Of a DNA stretch of 64,000 nucleotides, positions 46,512 to 56,629 are shown one piece after another. Made by a program: the position numbers and the translations under genes. The first letter of the stretch is position 1. Every line of letters starts with the position of its first letter. Source of the stretch: Dehalococcoidia bacterium (GTDB lineage Bacteria > Chloroflexota > Dehalococcoidia > Lucifugimonadales > GCA-2712585); contig CBDBNU010000003.1 in the NCBI GenBank assembly GCA_965207845.1, positions 314,492 through 378,491 on the forward strand, in the 5' to 3' direction. Under the pieces are notes generated by a model. It searched no databases and was not told the origin of the DNA. It saw nothing but the letters and a program-made list of their open reading frames with translations.

Positions 46512-48322
46512 CCCGCCGTTTCGCTTACCCCGTTGTCGCCGAAGTTCATCCGGTACAGCTTGGAATAAACGCCGCCCGTCTTCAGCAGCTGCACGTGGTT
46601 GCCCTCTTCCGCGATTTCCCCTTCGTGCATGACGATCACCCGGTCGGCGTTTCGGACGGTTGAAAGCCGGTGGGCAATCACCAGGGCCGTGCGACCTTCC
46701 AGAACCTCGCCGAGCGCCTCCTGAATCAGCGTTTCCGTCTGGCTGTCCACGGACGCAGTGGCCTCGTCGAGGATGATGATGCGCGGGTCAAATACCAACG
46801 CCCTTGCCAGGGCAATCAGCTGGCGCTGGCCGGCGCTGAGGTTCATTCCCCGCTCCTCCACGGGCGAGTCGTAGCCGTCCGCCATCTTCAGGATGAACTC
46901 GTGGGCGCCAACGGTTTTGGCCGCGCGCTCTATCTGTTTGTCGGTGACGCGGGGGTGGTTGAAGCGGATGTTGTCCCTGATGCTTCCCGAAAACAGGAAC
47001 GGTTCCTGCACCACCGTGCCGATCTGGGTTACCAGTGAGGTGCGGTTTACTTCTCGGACATCGTAGCCGTCGACCCTGATGCTGCCGCCGGTAACGTCGT
47101 AGAGCCGAAGGATGAGGGATGAAAGCGTCGTCTTTCCCGCGCCTGTTGCGCCCACTACGGCGATGGTCTCGCCGGGGTTCATGGTCAGGTCGATGCCTTT
47201 CAGCACCTCCACGTCGGGCGTGTAGCTGAAGTGCACGTTGTCGAATTCCACCTTGCCCTGAATCTGGGGCATGCGCACCGCGTTGGGCTTGTCCACTATC
47301 ACCGGCTTCTCGTCGATGAGCTCGAAGATGTGGGAGGCGGAAGTCATCGCCCGCTGCATCTGCGTGTACTGCATGGTCAGGTTGCGAATGGGCTCGAAGA
47401 AGCGCTGTACGTAGAGGGCGAAGGCTACGACGACGCCCACCTCGTCGGCACCGCCGTTGAGGGCCATCAGCCCGCCGAAGATTACGATCAGCGCCATCGC
47501 CGTGCCGCTCAAAATCTCCACGGTGGGCATCAGCGAAGCGGCGAACCTCTGTGAGCTGAGCTGGGCCTCCCGGTGGTCTCGATTGAGGCTGCGGAAGTGT
47601 TTGTAGTTCTTCTCCTCCCGGTTCATGCTCTGGATCACCCTCATGCCGGAGACGTTCTCCTGCAGGTTGCCGTTCACTATGGCGAGAGCCGTCCGCACCC
47701 GCATGAAGCGTGGCCAGGAGAGGTTCTGCCAGATCAGCATGATTACCAGCAGCGGCGGAACCACCGAGAGGGTAATGAGCGCAAGCTGCCAGTCGATGAA
47801 GTACATGGTTACGACGATGGCCCCAATGGTGAGCAAGTCGCCGATGGTCATGGAAAACTGGGTCAGGAATTCCTGTATCTGGAAGACGTCGTTCTGCAGG
47901 CGGGACATAATTCGGCCCATCTGCGACTTGTCGTAGTAGGACATGGACAGCGACTGCAGATGATTGAACATGTCGTCGCGAACGTCCAGAAGCAGGTTCT
48001 GCGAAACGCGGGCCATGGCGACCTGGTGTATGTAGTGGGTGAGATACTGCACCCCGGCGTTCACGAAGAACAGCACCACCAGCCACGTCAGCCGCGACAA
48101 GCTCTGGTCCGGCGGGACGATGGCTTCGATGGCCAGCAGGATGATGATGGGCGTTGCGACCATCGTCGCGGTATAGATCACCATGGTGATCAGCCCAAGC
48201 GCCACCAGGCCCCGGTAAGGGGTGGTGTAGTACATGAGCCGCAGAAGTATGCGGAAGTCCTTCAGTCCCCCGCGACGGTGATCAAAGGCGTCCGCGCTGG
48301 TTGCGCTCTTCCAGCCGTACAT
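46508..48322 (-). CDS. ABC exporter, fused permease/ATPase (MsbA/multidrug type), subunit B
   Basis: Six-TM N-terminal domain, Walker [10 protein letters not shown], signature [15 protein letters not shown], Walker [11 protein letters not shown]. Confidence 0.9.
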   Translation of the reverse strand: MYGWKSATSADAFDHRRGGLKDFRILLRLMYYTTPYRGLVALGLITMVIYTATMVATPIIILLAIEAIVPPDQSLSRLTWLVVLFFVNAGVQYLTHYIHQVAMARVSQNLLLDVRDDMFNHLQSLSMSYYDKSQMGRIMSRLQNDVFQIQEFLTQFSMTIGDLLTIGAIVVTMYFIDWQLALITLSVVPPLLVIMLIWQNLSWPRFMRVRTALAIVNGNLQENVSGMRVIQSMNREEKNYKHFRSLNRDHREAQLSSQRFAASLMPTVEILSGTAMALIVIFGGLMALNGGADEVGVVVAFALYVQRFFEPIRNLTMQYTQMQRAMTSASHIFELIDEKPVIVDKPNAVRMPQIQGKVEFDNVHFSYTPDVEVLKGIDLTMNPGETIAVVGATGAGKTTLSSLILRLYDVTGGSIRVDGYDVREVNRTSLVTQIGTVVQEPFLFSGSIRDNIRFNHPRVTDKQIERAAKTVGAHEFILKMADGYDSPVEERGMNLSAGQRQLIALARALVFDPRIIILDEATASVDSQTETLIQEALGEVLEGRTALVIAHRLSTVRNADRVIVMHEGEIAEEGNHVQLLKTGGVYSKLYRMNFGDNGVSETAG

Positions 48323-48350
48323 CTAGCGCTCCCGTCCTGTCATCATCGTT

Positions 48351-50111
48351 TCAGTCACGGGTTACCGCCGATTCCAGGAAAACTTCCTCTCCGGGCAGCA
48401 GCTGAAGATCGTATATCTGCTTGTAGAAGCCGTCCCGGGCGATGAGTTCGTCATGGGTGCCCTGGGCGGCAATCACACCGTCCTTCAGCACCAGGATCAG
48501 GTCCGCCTCCTTCACGCTGCTGACCCGGTGGGCAATGATGAATGTCGTGCGATTCTCCATAACCTGGTGCAGCGCCTTCTGGATGGACCGCTCGGTCTCC
48601 ACGTCCACGCTGGATGTGGAGTCGTCCAGAATCAGCACCGGCGGATTGATCAGCAGGGTGCGGGCGATGGCCAGCCGTTGCCGCTGACCGCCGGAGAGTG
48701 TCACGCCCCGTTCGCCCACCTGGGTGTCGTATCCGTCCGGCAGGGTCATGATGAAGTCGTGGAGATTGGCAGCCTTGGCCGCTTCCTCCACCTCCTCGGC
48801 CGAAATCCCGTTTGCGCCGTAGCTGATATTCTCCCGTATGCTTGTCTGGAATAGAAACACGTCCTGGAAGACGATGCCGACGTTGTGCCGGAGGGAATTC
48901 AGCGTAACGTCCTTCACGTTCACACCGTCTATGGTCACCGCTCCGTCGGTTGGATCGTAGAAACGGGGGATGAGGTTGCAGATGGTGGTCTTGCCGCTAC
49001 CGGCGGCGCCCAGCACCGCGACTCTTTGGCCCGGCTTGATGCGGAAGCTCACGTTGGTGAGCGTAGGGGTGATGGCGTTGTAGGAGAAGGAAACATTTTG
49101 GAAGACCACCTCGCCCTCGGCATGGCCCATCTCGTTTGCGCCCTTCTTGTCGGCCACCGGAGAGGGTGAGTCGAGAATCTGGAAGATACGCTCACCGGAG
49201 GACATGGCGCGGGTGAATACGTTGACGGCCCAACCCAGCATCCGCACCGGCATCACCAGCAGGCCCAGGAACAGCAGAAACGTGGCCAGTTCGCCCGCGG
49301 TGAGGCTGCCGTCGAGCACCCAGCGACCTCCGAATAGGACGACCAACCCGGTGGCGCCGATGTACATAAAAGTCAGGAAAGCGGTGTTGGCCACCCTCAG
49401 CCGGTTGGCCGCGAAGGTCTCTTCCGACACCTGGAAGGAGTGCCCGTGAAACAGCTTCTTCTGCGCCTCCTCCGCTCCCAGGGACTTCACTACCCGCATT
49501 CCCACCAGGTTCTCCTGGAGCACCGTGGTGAGGACGCCCATCCTGCGTTGGACGGACCGCCAGATCTGCCGCATTCGACGGCTGATGGTCATGGTGGTAT
49601 ACAGGGTTATGGGTACGCCGGCCAGGCTTATCAGCGCTAGCTGCCAGTGGATAATGAGTAGCAGCGGCGCTATGCCGAGAATCAGAAAAGTCAACTGGAG
49701 GGAGCGCACCATGCCGAAGTTGATGAACATCCGGGTGCTCTCCACGTCGTAGGTGACCACCGACATCAGGTCGCCCGTGTTTCGTTTGTCGTGAAAGGCG
49801 AAGCTCAGCCCCTGCATTCGCTTTAGCAGGTTGTTCTTGAGGGTATAGGTGACGCGGGAGGAGACGTTTTCAGCGAAGTATGTCTGTCCGTAGCTGAATG
49901 CGCCTCGCACCACGCTAATAAGCACCAGTGAAACGCCGAGGAGGACCAGGCCGCTCCTGTCGCCGTCTGTAAGGACCTGGTCGACGGCGTCGCCGATTAG
50001 CCAGGGGACGGCGAGGGCTAGGGCGTTGGCTCCCAGAATCGACAACCAGGCAAGAATGAGGTACCGCTTGTACCTAAAGCCATATCGCGCAAGGCGAAGG
50101 AGAATCTGCAT
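48351..50111 (-). CDS. ABC exporter, fused permease/ATPase, subunit A (heterodimer partner)
   Basis: Walker A GAAGSGKTT, signature LSGGQRQRLAIARTL, Walker B ILDDSTSSVD. Adjacent to its paralog on the same strand. Confidence 0.9.
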   Translation of the reverse strand: MQILLRLARYGFRYKRYLILAWLSILGANALALAVPWLIGDAVDQVLTDGDRSGLVLLGVSLVLISVVRGAFSYGQTYFAENVSSRVTYTLKNNLLKRMQGLSFAFHDKRNTGDLMSVVTYDVESTRMFINFGMVRSLQLTFLILGIAPLLLIIHWQLALISLAGVPITLYTTMTISRRMRQIWRSVQRRMGVLTTVLQENLVGMRVVKSLGAEEAQKKLFHGHSFQVSEETFAANRLRVANTAFLTFMYIGATGLVVLFGGRWVLDGSLTAGELATFLLFLGLLVMPVRMLGWAVNVFTRAMSSGERIFQILDSPSPVADKKGANEMGHAEGEVVFQNVSFSYNAITPTLTNVSFRIKPGQRVAVLGAAGSGKTTICNLIPRFYDPTDGAVTIDGVNVKDVTLNSLRHNVGIVFQDVFLFQTSIRENISYGANGISAEEVEEAAKAANLHDFIMTLPDGYDTQVGERGVTLSGGQRQRLAIARTLLINPPVLILDDSTSSVDVETERSIQKALHQVMENRTTFIIAHRVSSVKEADLILVLKDGVIAAQGTHDELIARDGFYKQIYDLQLLPGEEVFLESAVTRD

Positions 50112-50233
50112 TTAACATATTATAGAACTATCGGAGCGTTATGCCAACTAGAACGCGGGCCACAAATGCCGAATTCCGGTGTGGCAGAAATCTATTCAGG
50201 CTGCTCCCGGCTCCCCGAACTTCCTCCACTCCC

Positions 50234-50641
50234 TTAACCGAAGGGATTAAGCGTAGAAACCCCCGTTGGTTCAAAGTCGCGAACGTTTCGGGTGACAACC
50301 GTCAGGCCGTGCTCCAACGCCGTTGCGGCAATCAGCAAGTCCGCGCTGTCGTAACCAAGGGTTGCAGACAGATGCCCCCATCGACGCGCAATCCCCTCAT
50401 CCACAGGCAATATCCGGTCGCCATACCAGGCCAGCAATCGATCCAGCCACGCCGCCAGGTCCTGCGCGGAAGTTGGGTTGCGACGCTTCTGCTGGGAAAT
50501 GCCACGCTCTATCTCGCCTATTGTCACGACACTTAGATGCAGGTCCGATGTCCTCTGCGTTTCTGCCCAGCGGACCGTTTCGGGACTGCGTTCGCGCCTG
50601 CGGAGCGCAGAAAGGACGTCGGTGTCAACTAGAAACATCAC
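50234..50641 (-). CDS. vapC: VapC PIN-domain toxin
   Basis: PIN acidic residues (FLVDTDV..., ...TRNVRDF). 4-nt overlap with the upstream antitoxin. Confidence 0.9.
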   Translation of the reverse strand: MMFLVDTDVLSALRRRERSPETVRWAETQRTSDLHLSVVTIGEIERGISQQKRRNPTSAQDLAAWLDRLLAWYGDRILPVDEGIARRWGHLSATLGYDSADLLIAATALEHGLTVVTRNVRDFEPTGVSTLNPFG

Positions 50642-50892
50642 AAATCCAGCGACCTGCCCTGGAGAGGAAGGCGTCCGAATTCCTGGTCGTCCTGCGGTAT
50701 TTCAAGAAGCAACTCGCCCAGTGACGGAGCGTTGGACTTTTCCATCCGTCGAAGTCGTTCGTATTCTTCCTCTGATACCACAACCACAACGGGGCGGCCC
50801 CGCCGGGTCACGCGCTGGACTTCACCTGCCAGTGCAGCGTTTACCAGCGCGCTGAACTTGTTTTTTGCATCCTGTAGCGCCCACTCAGCCAT
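50638..50892 (-). CDS. vapB: Phd/YefM-type antitoxin paired with VapC
   Basis: The motifs AKNKFSALVNAAL and RRGRPVVVVVSEEEYERL are typical of this antitoxin family. Confidence 0.85.
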   Translation of the reverse strand: MAEWALQDAKNKFSALVNAALAGEVQRVTRRGRPVVVVVSEEEYERLRRMEKSNAPSLGELLLEIPQDDQEFGRLPLQGRSLDL

Positions 50893-51160
50893 CTCAATCT
50901 CCAGCTAGACTATCAGGCTAGATTATACAACAGGCTGCCCCGCCCATCAACCTCGTCCCGGAACAACAATCGGGAGTTGCGTTACGTTAAGGGAGTGCGT
51001 GAAACTTTTCCCATTGGATTCGAAACGCCTTTTTCGCACTCGTCTCGCCCGTGATAAAATGTATACACAGGCAAGCGAGAAATCCTCGTCCCACGGCCCA
51101 ACGTATGGCAACTACTTAAGGGCCGCTTCCCAACGTTCCAACTTCCCCATCCAACAGGCC

Positions 51161-51820
51161 ATGCCTTATATTCTGCGAAAACTTAACAATTCAGACATCC
51201 CGTTGGTCAGCGAAATCGAGCGGGAGGCCTTTCCGTCACTCTGGCCCAGCAGCGCCTTCAAGAGCGAAATGGAGAACCCGAAGATCAAGCACCTGGTGGC
51301 GGCGCTGCCTTCCAGCGAGGTCCCCGAATACGACCAGGCGGCTGAATCTCCCCCGGACCCCATTACCCAGCGGCTGATCCACAACTTCCGAGAGCTGCTC
51401 CGGCGTCCTCCCTCGGGACGGTCCACAGAGGACTACCCCGTCGGCTACGTCTCCACCTGGCTGGTGTTCGAAGAGGCCCACATCACCGCCATCGCCGTTC
51501 GGGAAGGCTATCGAGGCCGCGGTGTGGGCGAGCTTCTGCTGGGCGGGGCAATTGAATTCGCAATGCACGAGAAGAGCCGCGTGGTCACCCTGGAGGTTCG
51601 GGTCTCCAACGGCAGCGCCATCGCCCTCTACAACAAATACGGCTTCAAGAAGGTGGGGCTGCGCAAGGCCTACTACTCGGATAACCGGGAAGACGCCGAC
51701 ATCATGACCACGGACCCCATCCTGAGCCTCTCCTACCAGCGTCGGTTCATGGAGCTGCGCCACGCCTATCTGAAGCGCCACGGCCCCCTCGGCCTCCCCC
51801 AACCCTACGCGAGGGTCTGA
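51161..51820 (+). CDS. rimI: GNAT N-acetyltransferase (RimI-like) with an internal insertion
   Basis: The ATG at 51161 gives MPYILRKLNNSDIPLVSEIEREAFPSLWP. GNAT core RGRGVGELLL...ALYNKYGF. Confidence 0.75.
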   Translation: MPYILRKLNNSDIPLVSEIEREAFPSLWPSSAFKSEMENPKIKHLVAALPSSEVPEYDQAAESPPDPITQRLIHNFRELLRRPPSGRSTEDYPVGYVSTWLVFEEAHITAIAVREGYRGRGVGELLLGGAIEFAMHEKSRVVTLEVRVSNGSAIALYNKYGFKKVGLRKAYYSDNREDADIMTTDPILSLSYQRRFMELRHAYLKRHGPLGLPQPYARV

Positions 51821-51865
51821 GGGGGCGATCTAGATTGATGATACCTGTCCGGCCTTCCTCGCTCC

Positions 51866-52156
51866 TCATCTGCTGAGGGATGCGGTAGGAAGCTCTTCTA
51901 ACCTTTCCCCAATCTGTCGTTCGGCAACTACAAGGTCGTATTGGCTTTGAAGGTTCATCCAAAACTGCGGGTCCACACCAAACCAGTGTCCAAACCGCAA
52001 GGCAGTGTCGCCGGTGATGGAACGCTTCCCAGCAATAATTTGGCTGACGCGATTGGGAGGCACGTTAATCTGACGGGCGAAAGACGTTGGCGTTATGCCA
52101 AACTCTGCTAATTCTTCCTTTAGAATCTCTCCAGGATGCACCGCTAGCCTAAACAT
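51866..52156 (-). CDS. higA: HigA antitoxin (XRE-type HTH)
   Basis: HPGEILKEELAEFGIT...FARQINVPPNRVSQIIAGKRSITGDTALRF is a classic HigA pattern. Confidence 0.85.
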   Translation of the reverse strand: MFRLAVHPGEILKEELAEFGITPTSFARQINVPPNRVSQIIAGKRSITGDTALRFGHWFGVDPQFWMNLQSQYDLVVAERQIGERLEELPTASLSR

Positions 52157-52173
52157 GTGGTTAATCCTCTCAT

Positions 52174-52458
52174 TTACTTATGATAGTCAACAATCTCGAC
52201 GTTGGTAGGGCCGCGCCCCGCTATCCAGGAAAAGCAGATGCGCCACTGTGAATTAATGCGGATGGAGAATTGTCCTTTTCTGTCTCCCTGAAGAGCTTCC
52301 AATCGATTGCTCGGTAGCCTTCTCAACACGTCCAGAGAAGGCGCAGCGTTCAGTAAAGCCAATCGTCTTGCCGCTTGGCTTCTGAATGATTGAAATGCTG
52401 GGACGAATTCTCCTGCAACAAGTCGTTCAGTCCTCCGGTCACCATAGCTGACAATCAT
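52174..52458 (-). CDS. higB: HigB toxin (RelE/ParE superfamily, plasmid maintenance killer type)
   Basis: LEALQGDRKGQFSIRINSQWRICFSW...VEIVDYH. Confidence 0.85.
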   Translation of the reverse strand: MIVSYGDRRTERLVAGEFVPAFQSFRSQAARRLALLNAAPSLDVLRRLPSNRLEALQGDRKGQFSIRINSQWRICFSWIAGRGPTNVEIVDYHK

Positions 52459-52544
52459 GAGAATTAACCGTAGTGCATATGATGCTTTACGTCAAGCGTA
52501 AACGGAAATGAGAATCCGCAACGCATCGATGGGCGTATTATCCG

Positions 52545-52573
52545 TTGACAACCCATTGCGCCTAATCTAAAAT
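52545..52573 (+). promoter_or_regulatory. sigma-70 promoter for the rpsP operon
   Basis: Consensus TTGACA (52545-52550), a 17-nt spacer, then TAAAAT (52568-52573), about 40 nt upstream of the rpsP ATG. Confidence 0.6.
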
Positions 52574-52612
52574 TTCCTTCTATCGCAAATGAACTTTTAG
52601 GAACAACACTGA

Positions 52613-52960
52613 ATGCTTAGGATAAGACTCCGGAGGGTCGGCAAAAAGAAGCAGCCCTCCTACCGAATTGTGGTGGCCGACTCCCGCTCGCCCCGGGACG
52701 GCGCCTTCGTTGAACGCATTGGCCACTACGACCCCCTCATTGATCCCCCCGCCGTTACACTTGACAAGGACCGCGCCCGCATGTGGCTCAGCCGGGGCGC
52801 ACAGCCCTCCGACGCCGTGCAGCGCATTTTCAAGTGGCAGCGGTTGCACGAGGAAGACGTCCCGGAGAGCGAGGAGGCCCCCGTAGCGGAAGCTCCTGTA
52901 GAGGAGGTCCCCGCTCAGGAAGCCCCCGCGGAAGAAACTGCTGAAGTAGAGACCGCCTAG
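52613..52960 (+). CDS. rpsP: 30S ribosomal protein S16 with acidic C-terminal extension
   Basis: [30 protein letters not shown] is canonical S16. Confidence 0.95.
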   Translation: MLRIRLRRVGKKKQPSYRIVVADSRSPRDGAFVERIGHYDPLIDPPAVTLDKDRARMWLSRGAQPSDAVQRIFKWQRLHEEDVPESEEAPVAEAPVEEVPAQEAPAEETAEVETA

Positions 52961-53190
52961 TGACGCAGGAACTCATCGAGTACATCGCCAGGAATCTGGC
53001 CAGCAAGCCGGAAGAGGTGAGGGTCACCTCCGAGATGGAGGACGACCGGGTTGTCCTCCGCCTGGAAGTCGCCGCCGAGGACAAGGGCAAGATAATCGGC
53101 CGGCAGGGTCGCGTGGCCCAGGCCATGCGCACCATTCTGCGTGTGGCCGCCATCAAGGAAGGCTCCCGCGTAGTCCTCGAAATCGTCTAG
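52960..53190 (+). CDS. KH-domain RNA-binding protein (YlqC family)
   Basis: GKIIGRQGRVAQAMRTIL is a KH GXXG motif. This is the conserved position after rpsP. Confidence 0.85.
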   Translation: MTQELIEYIARNLASKPEEVRVTSEMEDDRVVLRLEVAAEDKGKIIGRQGRVAQAMRTILRVAAIKEGSRVVLEIV

Positions 53191-53250
53191 CCCCGCCCCA
53201 TCCATCCGCATATTCGGTTTGCGGTTTCACCTTTTCCGGCATTCCCCGTT

Positions 53251-53280
53251 TTGACCCCCCTATTGGGGCAGTGATACAAT
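53251..53280 (+). promoter_or_regulatory. candidate promoter for yebC-ruvC-ruvA
   Basis: TTGACC (53251-53256), an 18-nt spacer, and an extended -10 TGaTACAAT (53272-53280). It leaves a roughly 150-nt 5' UTR. Confidence 0.5.
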
Positions 53281-53438
53281 TCCCCTGCCTAATCCGATGA
53301 CGGTTTGGCGGTCTCGCCGTTTCTCCTCCGCCCAGGACAGCAGGCTTGGCGGGTTGAATGCGAGGCCATCCGCAACCGTACTTAATGGAGCAATAACCCG
53401 GTCTCCACGGACTGCAGGGGCCGAAGTGAGGTGTAACC

Positions 53439-54203
53439 ATGTCCGGTCATTCCAAGTGGAAGACCATCAAGCATCAGAAGGGCGCCGCCGACGCCAAGCG
53501 CGGGCAGCTCTTCACCAAACTCACCCGTGAGATATCCATCGCCGCGCGTGAGGGCGCAGGCGGCGGCGATCCCGACATGAACTACCAGCTCCGCCTGGCC
53601 ATCGACCGGGCCAAGGGCGCCAACATGCCCGCCGACACCATCGACCGTGCAATTAAACGGGGCACCGGCGAGGGCGGCGAGCAGGTGCAGCTCGAAGAGA
53701 TAACCTACGAAGGGTACGGGCCGGGCGGCGTCGCCATCCTTCTCCAGACCGTCACCGACAATCGCAACCGCACCGCCTCAGAGGTGCGCGCTACCTTCTC
53801 CAAGATCGGCGCCAGCCTGGGCGCCTCCGGCTGCGTCGCCTGGAACTTCGACTCCATGGGTCTCATAACCATGGAGCTGGCCGCGGAGGAGGCGGAGGAC
53901 ACGGCGCTGCTTGCCATCGAGGCCGGGGCCGAAGACGTGAAGGTGGAGGACAGCTACGTGGAGGTCTTCACCCTGCCGGAGAACCTGACCGAGGTGAAGC
54001 AGCAGCTTGAAGGGGAGAACGTCGCCATTGCCACGGCGGAAGTTGCCATGGTGCCAAAGGCGACCGTCGCGCTCGAGCCTAAGGAAGCGGAGCAGACGCT
54101 GCGCCTGCTGGACCTCTTGGAGGACCTGCAGGACTCCCAGAAGGTGTACACCAACGCCGACTTCCCCGAGGAAACGCTGGAAAAGTACAGCCGCGAGAAC
54201 TGA
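53439..54203 (+). CDS. yebC: YebC/PmpR family DNA-binding transcriptional regulator
   Basis: MSGHSKWKTIKHQKGAADAKRGQLFTKL is canonical for the family. Confidence 0.95.
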   Translation: MSGHSKWKTIKHQKGAADAKRGQLFTKLTREISIAAREGAGGGDPDMNYQLRLAIDRAKGANMPADTIDRAIKRGTGEGGEQVQLEEITYEGYGPGGVAILLQTVTDNRNRTASEVRATFSKIGASLGASGCVAWNFDSMGLITMELAAEEAEDTALLAIEAGAEDVKVEDSYVEVFTLPENLTEVKQQLEGENVAIATAEVAMVPKATVALEPKEAEQTLRLLDLLEDLQDSQKVYTNADFPEETLEKYSREN

Positions 54204-54208
54204 CCACG

Positions 54209-54724
54209 ATGGTCAAGGTCCTCGGCATAGACCCCGGCACACGACACCTCGGCTACGGCCTGCTGGAGGAGTCCGACGGCGACCTCCAAGCCTTGGACTA
54301 CGGTGCCCTGCATTTCAAGTCCTCCCTGCCGGTGGAGGAGCGGCTCTACCAGGTCCACTCTCACCTGATGAACATGATCGGCATGTTCAAGCCGGACGAG
54401 CTTGCCATAGAAGAGCCCTTCATGGGCCAGGGCGAGTCCCGCTTTGTGGGCCCCGCATTTGCGGTGGGCCAGGCTCAGGCGGCGGTGCTAATCGCCTCCG
54501 TGTCCCAGGGCGTGCCCATCTTCCGCTACCCGCCCGCGCAGATAAAGTCCTCCGTCGCCGACCACGGCGCCGCATCCAAGGAGCAGGTGCTGACCATGGT
54601 CAGAATCACGCTGAATCTCAACGAAATACCCCTCAGCTACGACGCCTCCGACGCGCTGGCCATCGCTCTCTGCCACCTGCGGCAACGGGAGTTGGCCGAC
54701 ATGGCGACGTTGTCGGAATGGTGA
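54209..54724 (+). CDS. ruvC: crossover junction endodeoxyribonuclease RuvC
   Basis: The N-terminus VLGIDPGTRHLGYG with family-typical acidic residues. Sits in a yebC-ruvC-ruvA arrangement. Confidence 0.95.
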   Translation: MVKVLGIDPGTRHLGYGLLEESDGDLQALDYGALHFKSSLPVEERLYQVHSHLMNMIGMFKPDELAIEEPFMGQGESRFVGPAFAVGQAQAAVLIASVSQGVPIFRYPPAQIKSSVADHGAASKEQVLTMVRITLNLNEIPLSYDASDALAIALCHLRQRELADMATLSEW

Positions 54725-54752
54725 CTTTCATGCGTTTCCATGGCGACCTGAT

Positions 54753-55340
54753 TTGATAGCTTTCATCACCGGCCAATTGCGGGCCCGCGGCCCCGACTGG
54801 GTACAGCTGGACGTGGGCGGCGTCGGCTTCCACATCTCCGTGCCCGCTTCGCTGGCCCTCTCTGTGGGCGAAGAAGGAGAGCGGGTGACGCTCCACACCC
54901 GGCTAATTATCCGCGACGACGAACCCCAGCTGTACGGTTTCCCCAGCCCGGCCGCGCTGCAGTTCTTCTACATGCTCACCGGCGTTTCCGGCATCGGACC
55001 CCGTTCGGCGCTCAACCTGCTTTCGGCCCGGCCGCCGGAGGCCCTCGCCACCGCCATCATGGCCGGAGACCTGGACGCGTTTACGGCGGTCCCCGGCATC
55101 GGGAAGCGCACGGCCACCCGCATCGTGCTGGAGTTGAAGGACCGGCTGGAGAAGGAGGGACTGCCCCTTTCGTCGAGTCCGATGGTGGATGACGCCGACG
55201 CTGTGTCGGCGCTCACTGCTCTGGGCTACACCGCCGGAGAGGCCAGACAGGCGCTGCGAAGTCTCGGCCCGGAATCGGTGTCCCTGGAGCTGGAAGAACG
55301 CATCCGCCGCGCCCTGACCCAGCTGGCCCAGGGAGGTTGA
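54753..55340 (+). CDS. ruvA: Holliday junction DNA helicase RuvA
   Basis: MIAFITGQL..., HhH motifs (LTGVSGIGPRSALNLL, VPGIGKRTATRIV). TTG start. Confidence 0.95.
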   Translation: MIAFITGQLRARGPDWVQLDVGGVGFHISVPASLALSVGEEGERVTLHTRLIIRDDEPQLYGFPSPAALQFFYMLTGVSGIGPRSALNLLSARPPEALATAIMAGDLDAFTAVPGIGKRTATRIVLELKDRLEKEGLPLSSSPMVDDADAVSALTALGYTAGEARQALRSLGPESVSLELEERIRRALTQLAQGG

Positions 55341-55352
55341 GGGGGGCTGACG

Positions 55353-55712
55353 TCAGCCTCCAACGCTGACGCTCTCCGCGGCTCTTTTTACAGCCTCGGT
55401 CAACCACGCATTCAGGCTCTTGCCTTCGGCACTGGCGGCGGCGCTTGCGTTTCGGTGCAGCACTGCCGGAATTCTCAGCGCGATTTTGCCGGAATAGGGT
55501 TTTTCCGGCTCCTCTCCAAGCTCTTCGCAGAACTTCAGGTATTCGTTCACTGAATCTTTGAATGCGGTGCGGATCTCATCAACGGATCTTCCCTGAAAGG
55601 TAATCACATCCCTGGTATTCACCACCTCGCCGTGAAATATATCCGCTTCTTCGTCAAAAGTAACGGTCCCGAAATATCCCTTGTATTTCATCATATTCTC
55701 CAAAGTCTGCAT
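55353..55712 (-). CDS. hicB: HicB antitoxin
   Basis: YKGYFGTVTFDEEADIFHGEV and a C-terminal RHH-like region (GKSLNAWLTEAVKRA). Confidence 0.85.
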   Translation of the reverse strand: MQTLENMMKYKGYFGTVTFDEEADIFHGEVVNTRDVITFQGRSVDEIRTAFKDSVNEYLKFCEELGEEPEKPYSGKIALRIPAVLHRNASAAASAEGKSLNAWLTEAVKRAAESVSVGG

Positions 55713-55752
55713 TTAGATAATTCAAGAATCCTGTCCTATTACATACCAAAGC

Positions 55753-56010
55753 TCACTTAGGATTTACTCCAGCCGCGGTCAAGAATCTTCTCAGCGAATT
55801 GACCATACCCTTGTCGACAGTATTTTGGGGATGGGGTCTATGCAAGATGGCTTTGATACTCTCCAGTTTCACGGCTATTCTGGAACCGTCCCTCTCTCTA
55901 ACGTCCGCTCCGCAAGCCTTCAACAGCGACACGATGTCTTCCCATCTGATTCCAGAAGCCGTCGGTCTCCTGAAAATCGCCTCTAAGGTCCTGAGATGCT
56001 TACGCCTCAC
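55753..56010 (-). CDS. hicA: HicA mRNA interferase toxin
   Basis: IRWEDIVSLLKACGADVRERDGSRIAV..., with HicA-typical size and order (hicA upstream of hicB). Confidence 0.85.
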   Translation of the reverse strand: MRRKHLRTLEAIFRRPTASGIRWEDIVSLLKACGADVRERDGSRIAVKLESIKAILHRPHPQNTVDKGMVNSLRRFLTAAGVNPK

Positions 56011-56095
56011 CAGGATGGTTTTGCTTCGGGTTGTTGATTCCGCTCATGAAAGAGCCTCCTTTCTTCTCATTCTGCTATGATAGCATATTATGATA

Positions 56096-56308
56096 CTACA
56101 TACAATGAAGACTCCCCACGCCGCCGAATGCCTTGTCCAGGCGAATGGCCATCTCCGGCGAAATTCCCGACCGTCCGTTGATGACGCTCGATAGCTGCTT
56201 TCGACTCACTCCCAGATGTCGCGCCGATTCCGAAACGGTTAAGCCCAGGGGTTTCAGGCAATTGAAACGAATGGATTGTCCCGGATGTGGAGGATTCTTC
56301 ATGACCAT
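56096..56308 (-). CDS. HigA-like XRE antitoxin, C-terminally shortened
   Basis: [58 protein letters not shown], then an abrupt end where full-length HigA continues. Confidence 0.6.
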   Translation of the reverse strand: MVMKNPPHPGQSIRFNCLKPLGLTVSESARHLGVSRKQLSSVINGRSGISPEMAIRLDKAFGGVGSLHCM

Positions 56309-56329
56309 TGTAGTTGCTCCTACTATCTA

Positions 56330-56452
56330 CTAGTGATAGTCAATCAAGTCTACCGAATGAACATTATTCCCTTCGAAGCGGAATATAATCCGCCAGTTTC
56401 CGGATACCGTCACAGCCCCAAAACCCATCAGCGGTCCGGTTAGTGGATGTAG
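56330..56452 (-). pseudogene. higB toxin remnant (C-terminal ~40 codons only)
   Basis: The minus-strand frame gives LHPLTGPLMGFGAVTVSGNWRIIFRFEGNNVHSVDLIDYH then a stop, matching HigB C-termini. The upstream in-frame sequence is not HigB-like and has no plausible start. Confidence 0.5.
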
Positions 56453-56629
56453 CCCATCACTAATCAGGTTACGATTGTGTCGACTGCAGCTACTCGACGG
56501 ACACGTTGCGACGACAGACCTAGCCGCCCAAAACCGTGGTATCCTTTATTTGTTGTTTCGGACACATAATTCTTTCATAGCAGTTGAGTCCCGATTTCTG
56601 CTTCTCGCGTCATTGGTGAAAGGCAGCGC

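Noticed and set aside
53206-53235. Possible intrinsic terminator after the rpsP-KH operon (ccgca-N9-tgcgg followed by tttcacctttt).
   Set aside because: The stem is only 5 bp with a 9-nt loop, and the T-tract is interrupted. That is too weak to call.
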